Source: Elusimicrobiota bacterium (GTDB lineage: Bacteria > Elusimicrobiota > Endomicrobiia > CG1-02-37-114 > JAHJSO01). Taken from it: DNA of 64,000 bases. Under the pieces are notes generated by a model that saw only the letters and a list, made by a program, of their open reading frames with translations, had not been told where the DNA came from and did not search any database. The stretch covers positions 1 to 64,000 of the forward strand of contig JBDRQF010000011.1 in the NCBI GenBank assembly GCA_043826435.1, given 5' to 3'. Position numbers and translations under genes: made by a program. Shown in pieces: positions 30,270-40,511 of the stretch (within the stretch, counting starts at the first letter, position 1; the number at the start of each line of letters is the position of its first letter).

Positions 30270-31806
30270 ACCTTTGTTTGTCCCACCGGACTTTGGTAAA
30301 GGTTACGGGCGGTACGTCCCTCTGGAACAGGACTACCTGTGTCGGGGAATTCCGCAGAGTCATTTTGCGGTTAAACCCTTTTTTAATAACCTGCCCTAAC
30401 GGGCTAGCCTCGTTAAAATTTTCCCACTCAAGTATAATTACAGTGCGGATTTTTTTATCCGTGACTGATTTTGCAATGTCCGTCTCAAAATCCGTAGCGG
30501 GCGGGATAACGTTCCTGCCGTGCGGGAAAATGCCTGCGAAGAAGTAGTACCTGTGTTCAGAATACATCGCTACGATTTCTTTTTCCACCGTGTGACTGCG
30601 GATTTCATCTGCGAGGGCCAGGTCATGCCAGATGGTATATACCGATAAAGGGGTTTTTTGTTTTTGAAATTCAACCCCCGCGGGGTGTACCCTTATCAGG
30701 TAATAGAAGAAGCGCGCCGTGTTGAGTCCCACCCTTGCGGCAGCCGGCGCCAGAAGCAGGACGGTTAAAACGAAAGCAGTTTTCTTAAAACGTCCGAAGA
30801 ACGGCGACTCCGCAATGTACTTCATACCAATCCCGGCGAGTATAATCATTAGAGGTAGCGTTTGCAGGGTATAGTAGTGCCACAACTTCTGAAAATGTAT
30901 CAAAAGCCCTGAAATAGCGAGGACAAAAAGCAGGACCTCCGGCGAATTTATTTTTGTTTTATAAACACCATCCTTAATGATTTTTAATGCCCCGAGGAGA
31001 AAAAGAATCCAGAATAGAGGTATCTGTCCGGCGAAGAAGTCAAAAGCGGTTTTCCATCTGAATTCCCTTGGATATGCAGACACAACCTGCGGGAATATGT
31101 TGTCCCACACGAGCGATGCAAGTCCATGCAGGTGATAAAAAAAGAAAAACAAAAAAATTAAAAATAGAACCGCAACGGTAATACCAGAAATTCTCTTAAA
31201 AGTTTCTTTGAGTCGGGTCTCTCTGAAAAGAAAAGCAAGCAGACAAAAACAGGCATAGCCCAGAAGATAAAGTAGCCCGGTCTGTTTAAAGAGGAAGCAC
31301 AAGAAAATAAGCCCTCCTATTGTTAGAAAATTCAGTATGGATTTTCCGTCCGAAAATAGGTCTTTTTTGATGTAGATATAAAAGGATAGAAGGCCCAAAA
31401 AGGCAATAAACTGTTCCGCCCGCAGGTCAGTTCCGCCGAACAGAGGTAATGACAAAATATATAAACAGACAGTTATCCATTTCTGGATATAAGTAAACTC
31501 AAAAAAAATCAGGGTTTTCCAGAGCAGCCACAGGGTGAGAATGTTCAAGCAAAAAATTGTAAGGCGGGCGACAAAAACATTGTAAGAGAATATCAAAAAA
31601 ATGGGTGCCAGGAATATACCAGTGCCTGGTGTTTTGTGTGAGCCGGAAAACTGGTAGGGCAAAAAACCATTCATTATTCCCTGTGCGACAAGGCAGTACT
31701 CGTTTTCCCCGTTCCACGCAAAAAGCCATATAATGACTAAATTGTAAAAAATCAGCAGAAAAAAACATGAACGGATTAAAAGTTTAAAATTAATATTTTT
31801 TATCAT
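30247..31806 (-). CDS. ArnT-like polytopic membrane protein
   Basis: GENEY...GFLPY...HKTPG loop, FKQTG and HYY motifs, many TMs. Confidence 0.68.
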   Translation of the reverse strand: MIKNINFKLLIRSCFFLLIFYNLVIIWLFAWNGENEYCLVAQGIMNGFLPYQFSGSHKTPGTGIFLAPIFLIFSYNVFVARLTIFCLNILTLWLLWKTLIFFEFTYIQKWITVCLYILSLPLFGGTDLRAEQFIAFLGLLSFYIYIKKDLFSDGKSILNFLTIGGLIFLCFLFKQTGLLYLLGYACFCLLAFLFRETRLKETFKRISGITVAVLFLIFLFFFFYHLHGLASLVWDNIFPQVVSAYPREFRWKTAFDFFAGQIPLFWILFLLGALKIIKDGVYKTKINSPEVLLFVLAISGLLIHFQKLWHYYTLQTLPLMIILAGIGMKYIAESPFFGRFKKTAFVLTVLLLAPAAARVGLNTARFFYYLIRVHPAGVEFQKQKTPLSVYTIWHDLALADEIRSHTVEKEIVAMYSEHRYYFFAGIFPHGRNVIPPATDFETDIAKSVTDKKIRTVIILEWENFNEASPLGQVIKKGFNRKMTLRNSPTQVVLFQRDVPPVTFTKVRWDKQRYEWYPEK

Positions 31807-33340
31807 ATTTGTTTATCCGTTTGGTTTTTATTGTCTTTTCTGATTTCCTGTAGATTTTATATAATTTGCCTTCATATATTAGTTGGTAGTCGTTGTTCAG
31901 GGTAAACTGAATATGCGAGTATATTTCCGGCCTGTTATTCCGGATGTTATTAAAGTCCTTTTCGTATGTTTCGTCAACTATAATGACGTCGGTTTTTTGT
32001 TTACTGTAATATCCGAGGGAATGGTCAGCCACCACCCTGTCAAAACCCAGTAAGAACGATGTTTCCCATGGGGCATTAATAGTGTCTGTGGGCGATAAAA
32101 TTTGCAGGACCTTGTTTATATCGGGCAGGAATTTTTTATGATACTCGTTCCTTTTAAATCTGTATATGTTGACCCCCGAAGACAGCATTACTACAGGAAT
32201 AAGTGCAAGCGTAAAAATCTGCCTGGGGATGGTTTTTTCTTTGAGACGGCTGCGAAAGATTACGACACATGCTGCGAATATAGGGACTATATGGACCAGA
32301 TAAGTCGGCCATTTATGGCTGGATAAAAACATTAATAGAAAAAAATAGATTGCCGTGAGGAAGAAAATCATGCGGGAGGGATAATTATCCTTTTTTCTGA
32401 GTATTAAATAACCGAGAGAGATGAATGAAAAAAAGTAGACAACAAGTATAAATAATAATGCACGGGAATGAACTGAAAAATCTGACCCGAGCCCATATGC
32501 AAACAGATATCTCCATCTTATTTCATTATAGATTGTTGTTATACTGAAACCACTTTGTGTCGGATAGTGTAATCCGAATACAATTCCAAAAAATTGATGA
32601 TAAAAAGCGTCTAAATCCTTAAGAATATACCATCCCCATGACAAAGCCCCGATAAAGTATGGAATGGCGGATATTAAAATATGTTTTATTTTTATTTTTT
32701 TAATGTCATGATATAAAACTAAAAACAAAAGTGCTGCAAAGCCAAGAATTCCGTTTGGATGGGTTAACCCGGACATAACAATCAGAGTGTTTGATAGCAG
32801 GAGTGCTTTTGGAAGCGATCTTTCTCTTAGAGCCATATAACCCGCCCACGAGCAGAAGGCAAGGGAGGCGCACATAATGTCAAATACCCTGCCGCTTGCC
32901 GAGAAACGGGTGTATATAAAATCAACGCTTATTAAAACCAGAGCGAACAAAGAGGTTTGTCCGTCAACATTGAATTTGTTAAGAATTATATACCATGCAA
33001 ACAGTCCGATTAAACCCCAGAAAACAGCAAGAGATCGCAGTTGAAACAAACCAATGCCAAACAATTTAAACCAGCAGGCCTGTGCTATTATAGATAATGG
33101 TGGTTGTCCATAATAATACTTGTCCAGTCCCTTCCACCATGGATTATATTCTGCAGGGACAACTGATTTTACCTGCGGGATTCCCATAAACCCGTTTCTT
33201 AGTAAATTTACAGCAACATTTGATTGTATCATTTCATCTTCGTGTGGTCTTTGTACATATATCAAACCGGCAGCAAAAAACAAGTATAATATTAAAGGTA
33301 TTAACAAAAATAATCTGGGATTAGTTGGATTATTAAACAT
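31790..33340 (-). CDS. ArnT-like (GT-C type) membrane glycosyltransferase
   Basis: HEDE after TM1, QPPL, FGIGLFQLRS, GRVFD and THPNG motifs. Confidence 0.75.
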   Translation of the reverse strand: MFNNPTNPRLFLLIPLILYLFFAAGLIYVQRPHEDEMIQSNVAVNLLRNGFMGIPQVKSVVPAEYNPWWKGLDKYYYGQPPLSIIAQACWFKLFGIGLFQLRSLAVFWGLIGLFAWYIILNKFNVDGQTSLFALVLISVDFIYTRFSASGRVFDIMCASLAFCSWAGYMALRERSLPKALLLSNTLIVMSGLTHPNGILGFAALLFLVLYHDIKKIKIKHILISAIPYFIGALSWGWYILKDLDAFYHQFFGIVFGLHYPTQSGFSITTIYNEIRWRYLFAYGLGSDFSVHSRALLFILVVYFFSFISLGYLILRKKDNYPSRMIFFLTAIYFFLLMFLSSHKWPTYLVHIVPIFAACVVIFRSRLKEKTIPRQIFTLALIPVVMLSSGVNIYRFKRNEYHKKFLPDINKVLQILSPTDTINAPWETSFLLGFDRVVADHSLGYYSKQKTDVIIVDETYEKDFNNIRNNRPEIYSHIQFTLNNDYQLIYEGKLYKIYRKSEKTIKTKRINKYDKKY

Positions 33341-33344
33341 TGGT

Positions 33345-34835
33345 TCAATCGGATTGTTTTTTAAAATTAAACACGAATAATATTTTTATAAATAAATAGA
33401 GTAAATTTATACCGAGAGAAGCGAGATAGAATAATTCCTTTAGGTTAATAAACCATCTGTCTGAGAGTAGGAACCATCCTACCGGGCCTTCTTTTTCAAG
33501 TAGTAAACGGATTACCCTTTTCGGCCTCAGCGAGAAAAAGAGATTTATTTTGAGCACGTCGTTCACCAGTTCTTTTTCCGTAGTTGTCCGCGGGACATAA
33601 GACAGCCGTGAACTTTTGAAGGGTGATTCCACCAGTGAACCGCAGGCATTGAGATTCTCCCAGTTTTTACCGGTATTCAGCCGGTTTTCTCTTTTTGCAA
33701 TCTCATAGAGTTCCGTGCCGGGATAGGGCGTGGCGTTGTTGAACCTGACATAATTCAGGTCCAGTTGTTTTGCAAGTTTATATGACTGCCATCTTTCTTC
33801 TTTCGTTTCAGTCGGCAGTCCTAAAATAAATGTAGCCGAGACCTGGAATCCGAATTTTTTTACCAGTTTAACCGCTTGTATGTTTTTCTCTACCGTCTCT
33901 CCCTTGTTTATCAATTTCATCAACCGTTCGGAGGCAGTTTCTATGCCGAAATTAATCGTCCTGAAACCGGCCATTTTCAAATATTCAAGGATTTCCGGAT
34001 TGATAGAATCGCCTCGCGTTTGACAATCAAATTTCGCTTTCAGGTAAAACTTATTTTTGTGCATCAACGTGCATAATTTTTTTGTTCTGTTTTTGTTTAC
34101 TGTGAAATCATCGTCAACGAACAATATATATTTTTGTTTATATTTGTTTATCAACAAATCAAGCAGTTCAATTACTTTTTCAGGATTTATATAGCGATAT
34201 GTTCTGCCGGAAATACATCTTTGACTGCAGAAAATACAATTGTACGGACACCCCCTGGATGTGGCTATAAACCCAAAATTATATTTACCCAGATGTTTTT
34301 CAAACAGATGGTAAGGAAATGGTGGCAGGGAATCCATTGCGGGCAATCTGGCGTCCGGGTTGTGGATTAAGTTACCATGCCTGTCGTTGAATGAAATCCC
34401 CTGTATTTTTGAGTAGTCCTCTTTTCTTTTTATTGACTCATATAGCAAATTAAGGGTTTCTTCCCCTTCCCTTCTGACTACTATATCTACATAACCGGTT
34501 TTAAGCGCCTCTTCCGATAATACGGTCGGGTGTATTCCCCCCAGTATAATCTTTGAATCAGGATATTTTTCCTTTAGCATTTTTGCAAGTTCATATGCTC
34601 TGGAAATACCGGCAGTAAGGCATGAAATACCGAATATGTATGGAGCGACGGTGTCTCTTGAATATTCATCTATAAGTCCGGAATTAATTGGCGTAATGTT
34701 TTCATCTATTATTCCGACCTTTCTGTTCTGGCTGATTAAATATCCTGCCAGGGAGCCGAGACCGATGGGCACATACATCGGGACATACCGCGCAAACTTA
34801 CCTAATTTTTGAACCTGAGGGTTTATCAGAATCAT
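33345..34835 (-). CDS. B12-binding radical SAM enzyme
   Basis: PIGLGSLAG, GGIHPT, EGEET, SRGCPYNCIFC, GIET and PYPGTELY motifs. Confidence 0.92.
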   Translation of the reverse strand: MILINPQVQKLGKFARYVPMYVPIGLGSLAGYLISQNRKVGIIDENITPINSGLIDEYSRDTVAPYIFGISCLTAGISRAYELAKMLKEKYPDSKIILGGIHPTVLSEEALKTGYVDIVVRREGEETLNLLYESIKRKEDYSKIQGISFNDRHGNLIHNPDARLPAMDSLPPFPYHLFEKHLGKYNFGFIATSRGCPYNCIFCSQRCISGRTYRYINPEKVIELLDLLINKYKQKYILFVDDDFTVNKNRTKKLCTLMHKNKFYLKAKFDCQTRGDSINPEILEYLKMAGFRTINFGIETASERLMKLINKGETVEKNIQAVKLVKKFGFQVSATFILGLPTETKEERWQSYKLAKQLDLNYVRFNNATPYPGTELYEIAKRENRLNTGKNWENLNACGSLVESPFKSSRLSYVPRTTTEKELVNDVLKINLFFSLRPKRVIRLLLEKEGPVGWFLLSDRWFINLKELFYLASLGINLLYLFIKILFVFNFKKQSD

Positions 34836-34850
34836 TTATTTATCCGCCGT

Positions 34851-35402
34851 TTAGCCGCCCGGGTCTAATTTTAAAAAATCCTTCAGGAATTTGGACATCA
34901 CCGCTATGTAATGCCCCTTTTTTGTATTCTTATATCGCCCGTTTTCTATGACAATACAATTTGATTCAAGTATGTGATGCAGCCGTCTTTTAAAAACATC
35001 ATCAGGCGGGTATTTGTGTTTCATTTCCTCGTAAGAAAGTTTTTTTGCGGGAGATGTTTCAAATTCAATCATCATCCTGCCGGTAATGGTGCGGTCAATG
35101 AAAAAATAAAACTGGCAGTAGCCAATGAATAAAAAGACATACAGGATGTACCCCGTTATAAAATTAAGTATTTTTGAAACAGACAAAACAACTCTGGAAG
35201 TCAAAAGCAGGTCGGCGGGTATTAGCATAAGGATGTTTACCGGGATTAGAATGTATGCTAATACATAGCCGAGCGTGAACGCATAAAAGGTGATTTTTAT
35301 TGTTCTGAATCTCTCTTTTATATTGAATAGATGGAAAATAATTATGTGTATTATAAAAAACAGAATAAAACATAAAAAGCCAATAATTAATCCTTTTAAC
35401 AT
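34851..35402 (-). CDS. Hypothetical membrane protein (3 TM plus soluble C-terminal domain), paralog B
   Basis: 183 aa; aligns end to end with 35415-35969. Confidence 0.8.
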   Translation of the reverse strand: MLKGLIIGFLCFILFFIIHIIIFHLFNIKERFRTIKITFYAFTLGYVLAYILIPVNILMLIPADLLLTSRVVLSVSKILNFITGYILYVFLFIGYCQFYFFIDRTITGRMMIEFETSPAKKLSYEEMKHKYPPDDVFKRRLHHILESNCIVIENGRYKNTKKGHYIAVMSKFLKDFLKLDPGG

Positions 35403-35414
35403 GTTTTTTGCTCT

Positions 35415-35969
35415 TTAACCGCCGGGCCAGACATTCAGAATTTTCTTTGATATTCCGAACAAATTTGCTAAACAGCGTCCCTTTGTCGTATTTCTGTAGT
35501 AGCCCGCCTCTTCAACGATGCATCCGGATTCAACCATGTGTCTGAAGCGTCTTCTATAAATCTCGTCGGGCGAATAGACATTTTTCAGTTCTTCAAAAGA
35601 GACGCGTTTTTCCGGATGTCTTTCCAGTTCAACCATTACTCTGAGAGAGAGAGAACGATCAATTATAAAATAAAACTCGCCGTAAGACATAAAAAGAAAA
35701 ACATACAGCATAAAACCGGTTACAAAGTTGAGAACTTTTGATATGGCCAGGACTGTTTCGGATGTCTGCATCGGGTCGGCGGGTATTAGCATAAGGATAT
35801 CCCCGGAAATTAAAGTATAAAGGACGATATAAAGAGGGATGAGTGAAAGGAAAATATTTCTTATTACCCTGAACCTTTTTTCAAATGGACCCCGATAGTG
35901 GAATACAATGGAGTGCAATATAAGGAACAACATGAAACAAAAAAAACCTATCAGGAGTCCTTTTAGCAT
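35415..35969 (-). CDS. Hypothetical membrane protein (3 TM plus soluble C-terminal domain), paralog A
   Basis: 184 aa; shares MLKGL, ILMLIPAD, FY..IDR, NT.KG and terminal PGG with its neighbour. Confidence 0.8.
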   Translation of the reverse strand: MLKGLLIGFFCFMLFLILHSIVFHYRGPFEKRFRVIRNIFLSLIPLYIVLYTLISGDILMLIPADPMQTSETVLAISKVLNFVTGFMLYVFLFMSYGEFYFIIDRSLSLRVMVELERHPEKRVSFEELKNVYSPDEIYRRRFRHMVESGCIVEEAGYYRNTTKGRCLANLFGISKKILNVWPGG

Positions 35970-35985
35970 TGTTTTAACCCGGGCA

Positions 35986-37518
35986 TTACTTCATAAAACT
36001 CTGAATTAATTTTATCATGTCAGAGGGTTGTATGGTTTCTTTATTGCCTAAATACTGTACCGCGAGGGATCCTGCGCAGTTGCCTACAAAGGCAACTATT
36101 TCCGGATGGACATTTAAATAGGTTAAGGGGGATGTAAGAGCCAGGACGGCGTCCCCTGCACCGATCGTGTCAACGATTTTCCATGCCAATGCGGGGACCC
36201 TGTATAAACTTCCTTTACTGTAATATAAAGAGCCTTCATGTCCCAGTGTTGTATTTATTTTGGGGCATTTGAGTTGTAGGGCGATTTTTTTAACCATATC
36301 TTCTAAATTGCCGTGCTGGTCATGGCATGCCAGACGGATTTCTTCGTGGTCTAAAACAACATAGTCAGCCCTCGAGTATTTGGTTATCAGATTATATCCT
36401 AAATTTGCACTATTGGATTGAGCCATCACCACCAGGTAAGGAGAGTTGTTGCAGAGAATATTAACAATTCCATTTGTTATGAACCCATGTCCGAAATCAG
36501 CGGAAATTACCATGTCATATCCGCCCACCATTTTGTTGAATAATTTTATTACATCCTTTTCAAGTTCAGGGTTTATGGGCTGTTCATTTAGAGAGCATAT
36601 TTCAAACATTTTTTGATTAAAGACGCGTTCAAGGAAGCGGGATTTTATTATTGTGGATCCATCATCGCGATAACATGGAAATAATTTTATATTTTTTTTC
36701 AGACGCGTCCTGATAAAATATTCCTTGGTATTTTGTTTACCTAACAGCCCTATAAGACCCACTTCCTTTACAAATCCCGCGATGTGATTTGCCACACACA
36801 GGGCGCCACCCGGGTATGTCTCCCTATGAGTAAATTTTGATGAAACAACCGTTGATTTTGATGCCCGCTGAAACAGATGACAAAAATTATATTCATCAAT
36901 GATGGGTTCTCCTATGATTAACACTTTAAGTTTTTTTAACCCTTCAATTGCATCCAAAACATCCTCAAGGGTGAACTTCTGCGTAAAACCAGAAAGGAAG
37001 TGTTTTATTTTGTCAGGCAGGATGTCAAAATGGTCTTTAAGGAGTTTTGTTGAGGAGAATATCTCTTCGTCCGTAAAAATAAGTTTCCCGCCGATTGATT
37101 TGACCACGGATGCTTCCCGGTCAAGTCGCCCGGTTGCATCGCTTTTTACCGATTCAAAATCGCTACCTTTGACATATAAATCGGGCCTGATGGTTTTCAA
37201 TGTTTCTTCGGCAGTGGGCCATTGATTTATAGCGACATAATCCGCGCAGTCAAGAGCAGCGATTGAGTCCGCCCTTTGTTTTTCGTTAAAGACAGGTCTG
37301 CCCGGCCCTCTCTTTATATAACAGTCGGGCGTGATGGTTACAACCAGAACGTCCCCCATCTTTTTTGCCGCCTGCAGATGTTTAATATGGCCGAAATGCA
37401 TTAAATCAAAACAGCCGTGGCAAAGGACAATTTTTTTGCCCTGTTTTTTGATTTTAGTTATTATTTTAGAAAGGGTATTTAAATCTTTGATTTTGGTTGA
37501 CGGTTCTATTTTGCTCAC
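35986..37518 (-). CDS. Bifunctional nucleotidyltransferase / PfkB sugar kinase (HldE/RfaE-like, reversed domain order)
   Basis: N-terminal HGCFDLMHFGH, GRPVF and YVKGSD; C-terminal DFGHG and VDTIGAGDA. Confidence 0.87.
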   Translation of the reverse strand: MSKIEPSTKIKDLNTLSKIITKIKKQGKKIVLCHGCFDLMHFGHIKHLQAAKKMGDVLVVTITPDCYIKRGPGRPVFNEKQRADSIAALDCADYVAINQWPTAEETLKTIRPDLYVKGSDFESVKSDATGRLDREASVVKSIGGKLIFTDEEIFSSTKLLKDHFDILPDKIKHFLSGFTQKFTLEDVLDAIEGLKKLKVLIIGEPIIDEYNFCHLFQRASKSTVVSSKFTHRETYPGGALCVANHIAGFVKEVGLIGLLGKQNTKEYFIRTRLKKNIKLFPCYRDDGSTIIKSRFLERVFNQKMFEICSLNEQPINPELEKDVIKLFNKMVGGYDMVISADFGHGFITNGIVNILCNNSPYLVVMAQSNSANLGYNLITKYSRADYVVLDHEEIRLACHDQHGNLEDMVKKIALQLKCPKINTTLGHEGSLYYSKGSLYRVPALAWKIVDTIGAGDAVLALTSPLTYLNVHPEIVAFVGNCAGSLAVQYLGNKETIQPSDMIKLIQSFMK

Positions 37519-37563
37519 TATTTTTCTCCTTTTATTAAATTATACATTTTTTATGTTTGTAAA

Positions 37564-38667
37564 TCAAATAAAATTTATATGTATTGGGGGTTCACCTTTT
37601 GGTTTTTCCAAGGTGGTATTTCCGTGTTTTAAGTCCCACAAAAACTCATTTACCTTATGTTGAAGGCAAAGAGTCCCACACATTGTTTTAGCATCAAAAT
37701 TATCTAAAGCAATAAAATTCATAACCTCCCAATAGCGTTCGCTGCGCCATATCTCTTTAAAAGATTTATCTACAATGTTACCAATGTGATATCTTTTATA
37801 CTTTCTGTTGAACAACATACCACAAGGAGCAACAAGTCCTGAACCAGAGAATTGGGTAATAAAAGGTGGGCCATAACATTGGGAATATTTACGTTTCCCT
37901 TCACTCAAGATTTTTGACCATTTCACTTTCACTAAGTAGCCCTCATCAGAATATCCTTCCGCTTCTTTTAAAACATTAACCAATTCAAAATATTTAGAGT
38001 AATTTACTCCTAAACTACCTTTTTCATCATCACTGCAATGCTTAATGATTGAATAATCAACTCCCAGTTCCTTGCCAAGTTTAGCAAAAGGTATAATCTG
38101 GCCGACAAATTGAGGGAGTAAAACCATCTGTAAACCCAAAGTAACAGAAAGATTTTTTTCTTTTTTTATTCTTACCGCTTCTTTTATAGTGTTAAGTACT
38201 TTATAAAAATGTTCTTCCTTGCATCCCATTATTTGAGAATAACGGAGTGGCTCCGCAGCAGAAATATTAAATCTAAGATATGTTAAACAAGGCAAAATTT
38301 CTTCTAATTTTTCATCTTTTAATAAATAGCCGTTTGTTCCCAATGCCATATCCAGTCCATTTGCTTTGCCTCTTAATATCGCATCATATAAATGTGGCGA
38401 ACAAGTGCTTTCGCCGTCACTGACAAAACTTATTGCTTTCACACCAATTTCAGTAGCATCGTCAAGGAATCTGAAAATTACATCTTTTGTCATTCTCTTT
38501 TCGTCGTTTGTTTGTAGTTGGCCATAGCAATAAATACATCTGTAGGTGCACCTTCTGGTCAGTGAACAATCTATGGTTATAGGAGCAATTCTTTCGCCTC
38601 TAAGCCATGCCTCTATTCTATCTGTATGCCAGAGCATTTTATGACCATCTAAGATTAATTCGTCCAT
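37564..38667 (-). CDS. Radical SAM protein with SPASM/twitch domain
   Basis: CTYRCIYC; C-terminal CYGP...G.VAPC...IGN...FKEIW...C...C. Confidence 0.88.
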   Translation of the reverse strand: MDELILDGHKMLWHTDRIEAWLRGERIAPITIDCSLTRRCTYRCIYCYGQLQTNDEKRMTKDVIFRFLDDATEIGVKAISFVSDGESTCSPHLYDAILRGKANGLDMALGTNGYLLKDEKLEEILPCLTYLRFNISAAEPLRYSQIMGCKEEHFYKVLNTIKEAVRIKKEKNLSVTLGLQMVLLPQFVGQIIPFAKLGKELGVDYSIIKHCSDDEKGSLGVNYSKYFELVNVLKEAEGYSDEGYLVKVKWSKILSEGKRKYSQCYGPPFITQFSGSGLVAPCGMLFNRKYKRYHIGNIVDKSFKEIWRSERYWEVMNFIALDNFDAKTMCGTLCLQHKVNEFLWDLKHGNTTLEKPKGEPPIHINFI

Positions 38668-38673
38668 ATGTAT

Positions 38674-39453
38674 TTATCCTTTATTTAATGCTTGATAACG
38701 CTTTGCCGAGACGGAGTCAGGATTAATAGTTTGTCTTTCTTTCTTAAAATAAATGTGTGTAAACAATAGAAAAAATCCCTTTATTACTTTATAAAAAGAA
38801 TGAAAGGACAATGCTTTTGACTTACCCTCCTTTCTTAGTTTTAATCTGTAAGGAACTTCTGCAAAAAGATATTTTCTCTTGATTAATCTTATCAAGATAT
38901 CAGTTTGATAAAAAAAACCGCTATTCCTATGTTCCATCTCACTTAATAATGATTTTCTGTAAAGAACAGTTCCATTAGTATAGTTTAGCGAGACAAAAAA
39001 GGTATTATTTATAACAAGTTTATAAACAAACGAAATAAAGTTTCTAAAAAAAGAACGTGTCCCTTTATTAAAAACAAAAGGAATAACTATATCAACATTT
39101 TCTAGAAGGTAAATATAACGAAAAATTTCTCCGGGCTCATTTTCATTATCCCCCGGTAACATACAAACTATATTTCCTTTTGCATTATCTACTCCATCCC
39201 AGAAAGAAGCGCCAAGTCCTTTTGGTTTGTTATGGTTAATCATTCTAACTTTTTCAGGATTTTCTTCCATTTTGCGTTGTATAATATTAGGAGTTGTATC
39301 AGAACTCCCGTCATTAATTACAACTATTTCGCCTTTTATCCCAAACTCCCCAAACGCAGATAGAGTATCATCAATAGATGAGGAAATATTTTTTTCTTCA
39401 TTGAGCGCGGGCATTATAATAGTTAAAAATATGCTATCGGTTTTATTCGCCAT
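38674..39453 (-). CDS. GT2, polyprenyl-phosphate sugar synthase-like
   Basis: MPALNEE, INDGSSD, GLGAS, PGDNE and FAEVP motifs. Confidence 0.85.
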   Translation of the reverse strand: MANKTDSIFLTIIMPALNEEKNISSSIDDTLSAFGEFGIKGEIVVINDGSSDTTPNIIQRKMEENPEKVRMINHNKPKGLGASFWDGVDNAKGNIVCMLPGDNENEPGEIFRYIYLLENVDIVIPFVFNKGTRSFFRNFISFVYKLVINNTFFVSLNYTNGTVLYRKSLLSEMEHRNSGFFYQTDILIRLIKRKYLFAEVPYRLKLRKEGKSKALSFHSFYKVIKGFFLLFTHIYFKKERQTINPDSVSAKRYQALNKG

Positions 39454-39459
39454 TTTCAG

Positions 39460-40509
39460 TTATTTTTTTAAAAGTTTTTTTATTTCAAAAACTATATTTT
39501 CAACATTTGGATAATAAATTTTTTCTAAAACAGAACTCGCGGGTGTAGGAATATCGGGCAGTGCTATTCTTGATACAGGTGCTTTTAGAAATTTCAGAGC
39601 ATTTTCCATCAAAAATGAAGAAATTTCAGAACTAATTCCGCAAAATTTATAACCAAAATCTAAAACAATCGCCCTTTGCGTTTTTTTAACTGAACTTAGA
39701 ATTAAATCATAATCAAGAGGCTTTATTGTTCGCAAATCTACGATTTCAATATTTATCCCTTCGTCCTCAAGTCTTTTTGCTGCTTCTATTGCTAAGATTG
39801 TCATAAATGAATTGGTGATTAAAGTTAGATCTTTTCCCTCTTTTCTTAATACAGCTTTTCCTAAGGGTATTAAGTAAGGATCCTTTGGGACTATATCCTT
39901 ATAGTCATAAAGCCATCGGTGTTCAATAAAAATTACAGGTGACTCATCCAGAATGCTTGACAGTAGCAATCCTTTTACATCATAAGCAGTGGAAGGCATA
40001 ACGACTTTAAGTCCGGGGACATGGGTAAATAAAGATTGAAGAGGTTGAGAATGTTGTGCAGCAGACCCCCAGCCACCACCTATTATTGCCCTTACTACAA
40101 TGGGAACAGATGCTTTCCCACCAAACATATATTTCCACTTTGCAGCATGGTTTATTAACTGGTCCATTGATAATAGCATGAAGTCAGTCCTCATGTGAAC
40201 CAAGACGGGTCTCAACCCTGCCAGAGAAGACCCAATAGCAATTCCTGTTAAAGTATTTTCACATAAGGGCGTATCAAACACCCTATCACTGCCAAATTCT
40301 TTATGAAGATTTAAAGTTGTTCCAAAAGTTCCGCCGGGGTCATCAACTCCTTCTCCAAATATAAAAACCCTCTTATCTTCTTTTAATGCTAGATACAATG
40401 CTTCTTTAATAGCTTCCCTGTAACTGATTTCCCTCTCTTTTTTAGACCCTGTTTTCCGAGTGGAAATTTTTATTTTAGATAAATCTATTGGTGCTTTATC
40501 CCAGGACAT
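39460..40509 (-). CDS. 2-oxoacid dehydrogenase E1 beta-like subunit
   Basis: FGEGV, RVFDTPLCE, GLRPV, AAQHSQ, PGLKVV and DLRTIKPLD motifs. Confidence 0.9.
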   Translation of the reverse strand: MSWDKAPIDLSKIKISTRKTGSKKEREISYREAIKEALYLALKEDKRVFIFGEGVDDPGGTFGTTLNLHKEFGSDRVFDTPLCENTLTGIAIGSSLAGLRPVLVHMRTDFMLLSMDQLINHAAKWKYMFGGKASVPIVVRAIIGGGWGSAAQHSQPLQSLFTHVPGLKVVMPSTAYDVKGLLLSSILDESPVIFIEHRWLYDYKDIVPKDPYLIPLGKAVLRKEGKDLTLITNSFMTILAIEAAKRLEDEGINIEIVDLRTIKPLDYDLILSSVKKTQRAIVLDFGYKFCGISSEISSFLMENALKFLKAPVSRIALPDIPTPASSVLEKIYYPNVENIVFEIKKLLKK

Positions 40510-40511
40510 AG

